The notes under the pieces: model-generated | What the model was told of the DNA's origin: nothing | The model's input: the letters and a program-made list of their open reading frames with translations, nothing else | Database searches by the model: none | Shown: piece after piece, positions 17,238-26,246 of the stretch | How positions within the stretch are numbered: the first letter of the stretch is position 1 | Layout of the letters: the number at the start of each line of letters is the position of its first letter | Made by a program: the position numbers and the translations under genes | From: Candidatus Omnitrophota bacterium | Lineage (GTDB): Bacteria > Omnitrophota > Gorgyraeia > JAZDFF01 | Assembly (NCBI GenBank): GCA_043808095.1 | Contig: JAZDFF010000015.1 | Location: 2,015-66,014, forward strand | Length of the DNA: 64,000 bases | Direction: 5' to 3'

Positions 17238-19133
17238 TTATTTTTTGCCCTCTTTTTCTTTGCCATAATAGCGGTATTGATAATAGTAATAATGAGAATG
17301 GACCATCTCGGACTGCGGAGTAATACAATTTAAGACAACGCCTTTAACCTGGGCACCGGTAGATTCTAATTGTACCTTTGACCTTAGTAATGCACTCCTT
17401 GGAGTCCTGCCCACATGATAAACCAATATCACCATATCCGCCTTTTGCCCGATAATGGATGCATCAGTAACCGATAGAACAGGAGGAGAATCAAATAAGA
17501 TAATATCATAATTTGTCTTTAGTTCTTCAATTAAGTTATTCATTTGATTTGAGCTCAATAAAGTCGGCGGATGACCGTGTAATTGACCGGCTGTTAAGAT
17601 ATGTAATTTATTCAGGCCAGGAACTTTTAACGCCTTATCCCATTCCACAGAGCCCATAAGGATATCGGTAAAATTATTTACAGACTCGTTAAATTTTGCC
17701 TTTCCGCTTAAGATGTCGGTTAGGCCGGATCCGACTTTTAAACCAAAAAGATTATGTAAAATAGGCCGTCTTAAATCAGCATCTATGAGGATCACCCTCT
17801 TGCCTCTTTGGGCGATAGCCATGGCAAGATTAGCGACAGTCAGAGATTTTCCTTCTCGCGGAGCTGTCGAGGTAATAAGTATTGATTTTGCATTTTCTTT
17901 ATTTTGAAAAGTTGACCAGACATTAGTCTCTAAAATATTGTAGGCCTCGGCAAGGGTAGATTCTCTCGAAGTATTCATTAGCAATTTGTCCTTCATCTCT
18001 TTAACCTCTTGCGAATAGCTGATACGGCCATGGGGCCAAAACATTACCCGCGGCCTCTTAATATGCTCCAAAAAGGGGATTATTCCCAGTACAGGCAATT
18101 TTATAATATTTTCCACGTCCTCAATAGTGCCGATAGAGGTATCCAAGTTCTCAACTACGAAGGCAAGGATAAAACCAAGCATTAATCCCATTAACGAGCC
18201 TGCAGTAAGATTCAGGCGTTTGTTTGGACTGATAGGATGCTTGGGTTCAGTGGCCTGGCTTACCAGCGTAACATCTGAAGCCTTTTCTGCCTCAGCAATT
18301 CTGGCAGCTTCAAACTTTTCTCGCAGCATCCGGTAGGTCTGCTCACTTATCTGGGCATCTCGCTTCAGGCGGGCATATTCCAGTTCACTGGCGGGAAGAG
18401 TCTTGGTCTGTTCTTCTAACTGGCTAATCTCTTCTTTCAGGCGAATTATCTGAGGATGTTTCTCAGTAGCTTTGGTAATGAGTTCGCTAATCTGGCCTTT
18501 TAATTCGGCAATTCTTTTTTCAAGTTCGACGGCCACTCCTGTAACAGCCTCTTTTTCTTTAAAGACCTTTAACCTTTCTTCTGCCTGATTTAATTCCTTC
18601 TCTACTGCGGCGAGTCTTTCTTGAATGAACTGACGGGTTTCGCTTAACTCTTTGCGTTTTTGGTTTAAATTTTCCTCCATATAGACCTGGATAGTCATAT
18701 TGGCAATACGGGTTATCAGGCGAGGGTCGCTGCCCGTTACAGATATCCGGATAATATTGGTGTCTTTCATCTTATCGGCAGAAACACTCCTCTGAATATC
18801 TCCAATAATTGTCTCTTTATCCTTATCAGGCGTCTTTTCGCCAATCAAGCCGAGTTTTTTAGCCACATCTTCAGCCATCTTACGGCCTTCAATAACCTTT
18901 ATTTCAGTGTCTAAGGGGTCACCCCGTGTCCAGGAAACCCTTTCTAAAATAGTGCTAATAACTGTCTTTCGTTGCTCATACCTTACAGCTGCGGAAGTCT
19001 GAAATACAGTTGGCTGCGTCTTCGTATAAAACGCCGCTAATAAAAACGAGATAAGAAAAGCAGAGATAATAACGACCTTTCTTTTACGCAATATCCTTAG
19101 ATAATCCTGAAAATTTAATTCGTATTGGGGCAT
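17238..19133 (-). CDS. wzc: Wzc-like polysaccharide co-polymerase / BY-kinase (copy 2)
   Basis: Two TMs with coiled coil, STAPREGKS, IDADLRRP, FDSPP, Tyr cluster HYYYYQYRYY. Confidence 0.9.
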   Translation of the reverse strand: MPQYELNFQDYLRILRKRKVVIISAFLISFLLAAFYTKTQPTVFQTSAAVRYEQRKTVISTILERVSWTRGDPLDTEIKVIEGRKMAEDVAKKLGLIGEKTPDKDKETIIGDIQRSVSADKMKDTNIIRISVTGSDPRLITRIANMTIQVYMEENLNQKRKELSETRQFIQERLAAVEKELNQAEERLKVFKEKEAVTGVAVELEKRIAELKGQISELITKATEKHPQIIRLKEEISQLEEQTKTLPASELEYARLKRDAQISEQTYRMLREKFEAARIAEAEKASDVTLVSQATEPKHPISPNKRLNLTAGSLMGLMLGFILAFVVENLDTSIGTIEDVENIIKLPVLGIIPFLEHIKRPRVMFWPHGRISYSQEVKEMKDKLLMNTSRESTLAEAYNILETNVWSTFQNKENAKSILITSTAPREGKSLTVANLAMAIAQRGKRVILIDADLRRPILHNLFGLKVGSGLTDILSGKAKFNESVNNFTDILMGSVEWDKALKVPGLNKLHILTAGQLHGHPPTLLSSNQMNNLIEELKTNYDIILFDSPPVLSVTDASIIGQKADMVILVYHVGRTPRSALLRSKVQLESTGAQVKGVVLNCITPQSEMVHSHYYYYQYRYYGKEKEGKK

Positions 19134-19141
19134 ATCTTATC

Positions 19142-19957
19142 TTAGGCCTCTAAATCTGCAGCTGCCTCTTCAATAATAGGAGAATCGATTAGCGCCAGCT
19201 TCCTGCCAAATCCAGTAAGTAAAGCTAAATCACAGATATTGTTTATCCTGCGAGGTATTCCGCCTGATTTTTCATATATTGTATTAAGCGCTGAATCATT
19301 AAATAAAGGGGCGTGTCTTCCGGTAATCAATATACGGTGTAATATGTATTTGACTGTATCTTCGCGATTCAACTTATCTAAATAACAACGGATAGCGATC
19401 CTCTGGGCTAAGGGCTTATTGGCCTCAACAATCTCTTTTAATTCCGGTTGACCCAAAAGTAAAAGGGTAAGCAAAAACTTATCCTCCAGCTGGAAATTTA
19501 AAAGTAATCTCAGCGCTTCCCATACTTGTTCGTCACGGATAATATGCGCTTCATCAACAATAACTACCGTCCGCCTGCCGTCCTTGGCGTTATTGACCAA
19601 TATATTATTTAATGTATCTACTACTACGTTCGCCAGGACTTCAGTCTTTTTTGTAGGCAGGTCCTTTGCCCCAAGACCAGCAGCTATAGCCATCAGAAGT
19701 TCTATATAATCAAATTGGGGGTTAGCCACAAATGCAATCCTGTATACGTCCCTGCCCAGTTCTTTTAATAAGGTCCTGCCTAAAAGGGTCTTGCCGCAAC
19801 CAAAAACCCCGGTCATAATCGCCGACCCCTTTTGTTCTCTTACCGCATAAAGTAAACGCGATAGCCCTTCTTCATGTTGCTGCGAATGATACAAGAACCT
19901 GGGATCAGGCGTATTCTCAAAAGGTTTTTCTGTTAATCCCCAATACGATTCGTACAT
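19142..19957 (-). CDS. ExeA-like AAA+ ATPase
   Basis: MYESYWGLTEKPFENTPDPRFLY, TGVFGCGKT, IVDEAH, LLGQPEL, GGIPRRIN. Confidence 0.9.
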   Translation of the reverse strand: MYESYWGLTEKPFENTPDPRFLYHSQQHEEGLSRLLYAVREQKGSAIMTGVFGCGKTLLGRTLLKELGRDVYRIAFVANPQFDYIELLMAIAAGLGAKDLPTKKTEVLANVVVDTLNNILVNNAKDGRRTVVIVDEAHIIRDEQVWEALRLLLNFQLEDKFLLTLLLLGQPELKEIVEANKPLAQRIAIRCYLDKLNREDTVKYILHRILITGRHAPLFNDSALNTIYEKSGGIPRRINNICDLALLTGFGRKLALIDSPIIEEAAADLEA

Positions 19958-20120
19958 CTACAAATTCCTTTATTCAACTTATTTTTAGTATCGGATGCAT
20001 ACGGATTTTAGCGCCTGCCTGCCGGCAGGCAGGGATTCAAGCGGATAAAATAACTTAATCGCGACATCCGTAGCCATCCGTTTGCATCCGTGATAAATAA
20101 CCCTTTAGTTATTAACTGGT
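19958..20120. repeat. second copy of the CGGATG-type element upstream of an exeA gene
   Basis: Matches 17025-17183. Confidence 0.85.
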
Positions 20121-20172
20121 GAGAGGTATTCTCAAAAGGCTTCTCAGTCAGGCCCCAATATTGTTCATACAT
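20008..20172 (-). pseudogene. ExeA N-terminal stub 2 (54-aa ORF)
   Basis: Hand translation MYEQYWGLTEKPFENTSHQLITKGLFITDANGWLRMSRLSYFIRLNPCLPAGRR*; below the ORF-track cutoff. Confidence 0.6.
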
Positions 20173-20232
20173 CTTTTAATACACGAATTCCACGAATTGC
20201 CACACTAATATTCACTTCCCCCATTCAGTGGA

Positions 20233-21087
20233 CTAATTGTTTAGAGAGAATAAAACATTGGTGGTCTTTTCCAGTTTAGTAATATCAATTCTTTTATTTG
20301 AATTATCCAATTCAAATGCAGCATAGTTAAATTTCTTCATGTATTCTGATAATTGGCTTAATTGATACCCAAGCAGGGGATAAGCAGTTGGAGCAATTTC
20401 ACAAATTATCGCTGGCAAGTTATCACAACATTCAAAATAGTTACTAAGACCTTTTAATACAGGAAACTCGAAACCCTCAGTGTCAATTTTTATCAATGTA
20501 ATGTTATCTAACGCTTTTTCTTTTATATAACTATCTAGCCTGTGAATAGGCACCTCCTTAATTTCCCTTATTGTATCATTAGACATAAAACCTGGAACAA
20601 TTGTATTCCAACCAATATTTTGAAGATTTGTAACAGCTATTTTTTCTATACCCTCCCTTTCGCCTAAAGCGCACTGGTTTACAATAAAGTTATATCCTGG
20701 ATTCAAGAAGGTAACATCTCTAAGTTTTGAAAAATATTCCTGAACAGGTTCAAAGCTATGCACATGACCAGACTTCCCAACAAGCCCCAAAGCAACCGTA
20801 GAAAGATAGCCGATATTTGCACCGACATCTATAAACGTATCCCCCTTCTTCAATATTTTATTCATAGCTTCGACAATCTCTATTTCATAAATTCCCAAAT
20901 ACATATTTTTAACAGCTGAATCGTAATTAAAATCAAATCTGAATACACTCCCACTTTTCAAAGCTTTATTAAAAGATGTTTTTCGAAAAATAAATAAAGA
21001 TCTTACTTTAGCATGGAAGCGTAAAAAGAATTCTTTGGGGTTACTTACTAGCATACAAACAATCCTTTGTAATCGATAAACATTCAT
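20233..21087 (-). CDS. FkbM-family methyltransferase
   Basis: FIDVGANIG, SFEPV, IKIDTEGFE. Confidence 0.92.
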   Translation of the reverse strand: MNVYRLQRIVCMLVSNPKEFFLRFHAKVRSLFIFRKTSFNKALKSGSVFRFDFNYDSAVKNMYLGIYEIEIVEAMNKILKKGDTFIDVGANIGYLSTVALGLVGKSGHVHSFEPVQEYFSKLRDVTFLNPGYNFIVNQCALGEREGIEKIAVTNLQNIGWNTIVPGFMSNDTIREIKEVPIHRLDSYIKEKALDNITLIKIDTEGFEFPVLKGLSNYFECCDNLPAIICEIAPTAYPLLGYQLSQLSEYMKKFNYAAFELDNSNKRIDITKLEKTTNVLFSLNN

Positions 21088-21138
21088 AATTTAAACCACG
21101 AATTTATCATCGTAAAATTAGTGTAAATTTGTGTGCAA

Positions 21139-22206
21139 TTAGTGTCTATTCGTGCCTCTATCTTCTATATCCCAAACGCTTTTTCTACGCTTTCCGATAA
21201 CCATTAAGACCGAGATAACCGCAAAAACTAGGCCCGCCTGGATAAGAAGCATTATTGCATCAAATCCAGGATCTTGCCAGAGCACAACTGCGCTTAAACC
21301 AAGTATCAAGGAAATGGAATAGATAAATAATACCGCTCCCCTAAAGTGCAACCCGAGCTCTACCAGGCGATGATGGAAGTGATCAAGCGCCGCGTACTCA
21401 AACCATTCTATAATATTCTTGATTTTTTTGGTATATACCCGCGCAATGGTAGTAAAAGTCATATCAAAAATCGGTACCCCCAAAATCAAAATGGGGACAG
21501 TTATGGCCACTACATTATCCTGGGCCCAGTTGCCCATTATAGCTATGCAGGCAAGGATAAAACCTAAGAAAGTACTGCCGCTATTTCCTAAGAAAATCTT
21601 CGCCGGGTGAAAATTATACCTTAATAACCCGAGACAACCGCCAGCTAAGGCAAGACAGATGGCCGCTAATTGTAATTGGCTGGTCAGATAACAAACGACA
21701 AAAAAACAAATACTGGTAATAACGGCAAGGCCGGTAGCCAAACCATCCAGACCATCCAGGCAATTCAAGGCATTGGTAATACCAATAATCCATATAATAG
21801 TCAAGATCCATTCACCCGATAGCCCCAGCCAGTTATTAGGGAGAAAAGTCAATACAATACCGAATTTAATAACCAAAATAGAGGCCAATAGCTGAATCAA
21901 TAACCTTAAAGTAGCTGATAACCCCTTTTTGTCGTCGATTAAACCAGTTATGAGAATAATAAGGCTACCAAGGAGTAACCCTTTTGCCGGTAACCTGAAA
22001 TCTCTGTCTTTAATCAATAATATCACACTTAAAAAGAAGGCAATCGATATAACCAAGCCACCTAAAATAGGCATGGGTCGCTTATGGATGCTGCGTTCCT
22101 TGGTTGGATAATCTAAGAAATTAAACCAGCCGGCAACCCTTATGAAGAGAGGGGTGGCAAGATACGATACTAAAAATGAAAAAAGAAATATTTTAAAAGA
22201 TGTCAT
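21139..22206 (-). CDS. WecA/TagO-type undecaprenyl-phosphate sugar-1-phosphate transferase
   Basis: PILGG, GLIDD, NALNCLDGLDGLA, YNFHPAKIFLGNSG, HFHHRL. Confidence 0.9.
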   Translation of the reverse strand: MTSFKIFLFSFLVSYLATPLFIRVAGWFNFLDYPTKERSIHKRPMPILGGLVISIAFFLSVILLIKDRDFRLPAKGLLLGSLIILITGLIDDKKGLSATLRLLIQLLASILVIKFGIVLTFLPNNWLGLSGEWILTIIWIIGITNALNCLDGLDGLATGLAVITSICFFVVCYLTSQLQLAAICLALAGGCLGLLRYNFHPAKIFLGNSGSTFLGFILACIAIMGNWAQDNVVAITVPILILGVPIFDMTFTTIARVYTKKIKNIIEWFEYAALDHFHHRLVELGLHFRGAVLFIYSISLILGLSAVVLWQDPGFDAIMLLIQAGLVFAVISVLMVIGKRRKSVWDIEDRGTNRH

Positions 22207-22817
22207 ATTTGTAACATAAATCTCAAACTCTTGAAGCCTTCGGCATACTTGACTCTTCCCTGAAACCCTCTAAAATTTGCGCAAGAGGTGGCACTCTCTA
22301 TGATGCTTAAGCCAGGCACGCGCGTTTTATCTACTTGTGAATGATGGATCTTCAAAAGCTCCAATTTTTCTTCTAAAACATCCCCAATATCTGCAAATAC
22401 GTCTGGCTGAAAATCTTGTGTTGTCGGGACCTCATAAAATAAAACATTTTTAATATAGCGCGATGCTGAGATTGCTGCCTGGGCAAGTGCACGATGGTCC
22501 TGGTGGATATCATTAGAATAATTAAATAAAATCAAGTCTGGGTTTGTTTGGTTCATCACACCTTCTATTATTTGGATTAGGTCTCTACTTACAGTAATTT
22601 TGGTGTCTGGGAAACCTCCCCAGAATAGTCTCTTGACCTTTAAAAATCCGCAAGAAGCCTCCTGCTCTTTTCTTCTAAATTGTGCATCTGAACCCACTTC
22701 TCCTTCAGTCAAAACCAGCATATAAATGCTACAATTTTTCTTTGCATATTTTAGTAAAGTACCGCCGCAGCCGAATTCTATATCATCCGGATGCGCACCA
22801 ATGGCTAATATGTTCAT
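22203..22817 (-). CDS. PIG-L/LmbE family deacetylase
   Basis: IGAHPDDIEFG, HQDH. Confidence 0.9.
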   Translation of the reverse strand: MNILAIGAHPDDIEFGCGGTLLKYAKKNCSIYMLVLTEGEVGSDAQFRRKEQEASCGFLKVKRLFWGGFPDTKITVSRDLIQIIEGVMNQTNPDLILFNYSNDIHQDHRALAQAAISASRYIKNVLFYEVPTTQDFQPDVFADIGDVLEEKLELLKIHHSQVDKTRVPGLSIIESATSCANFRGFQGRVKYAEGFKSLRFMLQI

Positions 22818-22832
22818 TTTTTCTCCTTATTT

Positions 22833-22971
22833 AGGGCTTTACAAAATTCGTTTCGCCCTTGATTACGGAGATTAGAAATTGATTCCAGAGATTAAAGCTC
22901 CACGAGAAATCGCTGTAATCATTCTAAAATCACTGTAATCAACAGCCCTCAGGTTAATTTCGTGAAGGGCT
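22833..22971. repeat. GATTACAG-type element, homologous to 15012-15149
   Basis: Direct visual alignment. Confidence 0.8.
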
Positions 22972-22981
22972 GATTATAATA

Positions 22982-24013
22982 TTAACATATCTTTTTAATT
23001 ACCTCAATAACTCTTTTTTGTTCATTGGGTTTAAGGGACGGATATATCGGTATAGAGACTGCCGAATTCCAGGCAGCCTCTGCTCGGGGGTAGCTGCGTT
23101 GGCCTAAATATTTATGCAAAAGTTTGTATACAGGTCTTTCGCAGATAACATTGTTTCTTTTTAGAAAATTTAATGCCTTCCTCAGGTCTTTTTTAATCCT
23201 AATTACATAACGGAAATAGATATGTCCTTTCGTAGATTTCGGTGAATCGAAATCACAATTAGAAAACGCCTTATTATACCTTCTAGCTAAATATCTTCTT
23301 TGGTTAATAAATTTATCTAATTTTTTAAGTTGGCTCATACCGAGTGCCGCCTGAATATCAGTCATCTTATAGTTGAACCTTAGCTTGAATGATTTTTTCT
23401 TATCGTAATCCCTGAGATCTCGGACTTTGTCTAATAAGCTTAAGTTGTTAGAAAATACCATCCCGCCTTCTCCTGTTGTAAGTAATTTGGTGGTATAGAA
23501 TGATGTCATGCTTAGATCCCCAAAGGTCCCAACCTTTCTACCAGAATATTCAGCTCCAATTGCCTGGGCACAATCTTCAATTACAGGTATTCCTAACTTT
23601 CTAAAAGGCAATATATCTACGGGTGAACCAAACATATGGCTGACGATTATCGCTTTAGTTTTTCTAGTCAGCTTCTTCTTGGTATCAATAAATGAAATAT
23701 TAAAATCGTCGGCGTCAATATCTGCAAATTTAGGTCTGGAACCTACATACAAAATAGCGTTTAAGACAGCGCTACATTGATAGGTAGACAAAATCACCTC
23801 ATCTTTTTCCTTTATACCAAGTGCGAGAAAGCAAAGATGTAAAGCGGATGTTCCAGAGTTAACTACCAACGCACCTTTAACATCCAGATATTTAGCAAAA
23901 CGCTTCTCAAACTCAAATACAAATTTCCCTTGACTTATATGTCCAGATTCTAAAACTGCTAAAACGCAATCAATATCATCTTTAGAAAGCGTAGGCCTAG
24001 AATGAGGAATCAT
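22982..24013 (-). CDS. DegT/DnrJ/EryC1/StrS sugar aminotransferase
   Basis: NSGTSALH, IEDCAQAIG, SFYTTKLLTTGEGG, NYKMTDIQAA. Confidence 0.92.
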   Translation of the reverse strand: MIPHSRPTLSKDDIDCVLAVLESGHISQGKFVFEFEKRFAKYLDVKGALVVNSGTSALHLCFLALGIKEKDEVILSTYQCSAVLNAILYVGSRPKFADIDADDFNISFIDTKKKLTRKTKAIIVSHMFGSPVDILPFRKLGIPVIEDCAQAIGAEYSGRKVGTFGDLSMTSFYTTKLLTTGEGGMVFSNNLSLLDKVRDLRDYDKKKSFKLRFNYKMTDIQAALGMSQLKKLDKFINQRRYLARRYNKAFSNCDFDSPKSTKGHIYFRYVIRIKKDLRKALNFLKRNNVICERPVYKLLHKYLGQRSYPRAEAAWNSAVSIPIYPSLKPNEQKRVIEVIKKIC

Positions 24014-24708
24014 TCTCTGCATCTGGATTTCCTTAAAATAGAAAGGCTTTCTTTACCCTGATTAAACAACAGATCTACAATTGACAGGTTTTCTATGAAT
24101 GGCTGTTTTTTCTCATAAAGTTGTTTATATCTGGGGTGTCGGAAATCCTGGAAAATAAGCTCTATGCCTTGTTTCTTAAATTTCTCTGTCTCAAGATAGA
24201 GGCGGCCTCCTTCGCCAGAAAGATAGGTATCGGCACCCAAGTTCTTACAGATATTTATTAGATGTTCAGTTGCCAAGCCTGGTTGTTTTAGGTCGCAAGA
24301 TCTTACCAATTTAGTCTTTATCCCCAATATTTTGACAATACTTTTGATTATGCTGATATTTAATTCAGATAAATAAGTCCATCTTTCGCTATAGACCGTT
24401 TTAAAAAAATCAATGTAATCGCCAAAGTATGGCGCCTTATTATAATTTATAATAAGTGCATTGAGGTGCTGCCTTGGCCAATCAATATCGTTGTTTATTG
24501 TGACTGCTCTTATCTGTTGGGGAAATTTGTGCATTACGGGAACGCTGACCCATTGCCAATCCTTAGATGTCTTTATTTTATTGCGATTCTGCCATTCGTT
24601 TTTTTTGAATTGAACGTCATCCAGAAATACAAACATGTCCGACCTATCTATCTTGTCAAAATATCCTAACCAAGGAAGGTATTGGGGTTGATGAATAGAA
24701 ATAATCAT
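24010..24708 (-). CDS. WbqC family protein
   Basis: IHQPQYLPWLGYFDKI, WQNRN, YLSGEGG, LSIVDLLFN. Confidence 0.92.
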   Translation of the reverse strand: MIISIHQPQYLPWLGYFDKIDRSDMFVFLDDVQFKKNEWQNRNKIKTSKDWQWVSVPVMHKFPQQIRAVTINNDIDWPRQHLNALIINYNKAPYFGDYIDFFKTVYSERWTYLSELNISIIKSIVKILGIKTKLVRSCDLKQPGLATEHLINICKNLGADTYLSGEGGRLYLETEKFKKQGIELIFQDFRHPRYKQLYEKKQPFIENLSIVDLLFNQGKESLSILRKSRCRE

Positions 24709-26246
24709 TTTCTCTTAACAAAAATGGGGTTGGAAACTATCTCCGAGGGACTGTCTATCAATAATCTATAAAAACTTTTAATTCTATCTCTTGGCACATC
24801 ATCCCGAATCTGGAATTCAAATTTTTCCTCTCCAGTCTCGAATATCTTGAATAGCTGTCCGTTTTTAATCAACCTTATTTTAACCGGTGATCGATCAATA
24901 TTCGGTCGATAACCTTTTATATTGATATTAATATCGTTAAAAAGTTGATCGCTATTTATCAGGGAATTTTCCGCCGAATCTCTTGCCTTAACATCAACAT
25001 GTAATTCTCCGCCCATATATGCGATTTGGTTAGTTTTGTTATTTTTTATAGAGAATTCTGTTAATATAACTTCGTTTTTGTTGCCCCAGATGGCATATAG
25101 CCTGCCTTTTTTTAGCGCATCAAGAACTTCATTTTTATTAAATTCTTTTAGAAATAAAACATTATGGATATAATCTATTTCCCCTTCACCTTGGAAACCT
25201 GTCTCGCCGATTCCCCAAACGGCCCTATCTCGCTGGCCCAGACAATATTCATTTAGCAATTCATCCCATTCAGCACCCGCCTTATGCATTGTTCTAGAAT
25301 CTCCGTAAATAACGCTAAATCCCGTATAGCCAGAACTATCAAAAAGGTCTTCTTTATGGGAAAGCGTAGAAAAATGTATGCCTGCGATATTATTTTGAAC
25401 ACAAGATTCAACAGACAACCAGAAACTTAAGGCGTTATGAAGATTAGCATAATCGATTAGCCTTTGATAAGGCAAAATTTTCTTATCACCGTGGTAAGGA
25501 TCAAACTCAGCAGGAACCGTAAAAGGAAAATTATTTATTAAAGACATTGTGCTGATAATAATTACAATTATACTTGTACCCCTTGCCAGAAAATTTATAC
25601 AGGAAAAATCTCTTCCTAGGTCATCCACATATTCAAATTTCTTCTTGCGAAAAAGATAAATTCCTAAAAAAAGAGTAAATATCGGCCACAGCTGCACCAA
25701 ACTCTTAAAACCATACTTTAGTTTTTTATACTTATTGGATATTGTGGGTAAATTCCGGTAATCACTTGCATTATCTAGGCCTATAACGATTAATTGTTTA
25801 CTCCAATCATGTACTGTCAACTCTCCTTTTAAAAAAGAACATTTCCACCAATAGAAAGGCGCTACCTCGCATCCGGGTATAATCAGAACCTGAGGATTTT
25901 CTTTATTTGCCTTACCTATTAAATCTAAATATCTCTGTGCACCAAATTTAAGGATACTATCTTTCTCTCGGACTTTCCGTATAAGCATGCGAAACGGCCA
26001 AATACCAAATTCACCACGGGCTAAAGCCTGGTCTGTCAAAATTAAGACACTCACATTAGATTCTTTGGCATATTTAGCTAATTGGTCAATAGAACACGTA
26101 CCTGCGCTGACATTGGAGTTAACCCCAATAACTGCCTTTACCCTGATAAATTCTTCTGCAGAGGCATCATTGATTAGACAAAATAGAAAACAAAATAAAT
26201 AAGATAAAATTATGAGGCTATCTTTCTTGGGAAAGTAAGTCATCAT
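24705..26246 (-). CDS. exported/membrane protein with a degenerate PHP-like domain
   Basis: Signal peptide, PHP-like spacing (VIGVNS..S, ILTDQ, IIPGCE), two internal TMs, C-terminal SNPIFV. Confidence 0.5.
   Translation of the reverse strand: MMTYFPKKDSLIILSYLFCFLFCLINDASAEEFIRVKAVIGVNSNVSAGTCSIDQLAKYAKESNVSVLILTDQALARGEFGIWPFRMLIRKVREKDSILKFGAQRYLDLIGKANKENPQVLIIPGCEVAPFYWWKCSFLKGELTVHDWSKQLIVIGLDNASDYRNLPTISNKYKKLKYGFKSLVQLWPIFTLFLGIYLFRKKKFEYVDDLGRDFSCINFLARGTSIIVIIISTMSLINNFPFTVPAEFDPYHGDKKILPYQRLIDYANLHNALSFWLSVESCVQNNIAGIHFSTLSHKEDLFDSSGYTGFSVIYGDSRTMHKAGAEWDELLNEYCLGQRDRAVWGIGETGFQGEGEIDYIHNVLFLKEFNKNEVLDALKKGRLYAIWGNKNEVILTEFSIKNNKTNQIAYMGGELHVDVKARDSAENSLINSDQLFNDININIKGYRPNIDRSPVKIRLIKNGQLFKIFETGEEKFEFQIRDDVPRDRIKSFYRLLIDSPSEIVSNPIFVKRK

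Noticed and set aside
17236-17328. Upstream extension of the 103-aa ORF
   Set aside because: It overlaps the wzc Tyr-cluster codons out of frame; the meaningful start is ATG 17235
17017-20172. Stub/gene pairs as DGR template and variable repeats
   Set aside because: No reverse transcriptase is in the window, and the differences are not adenine-specific
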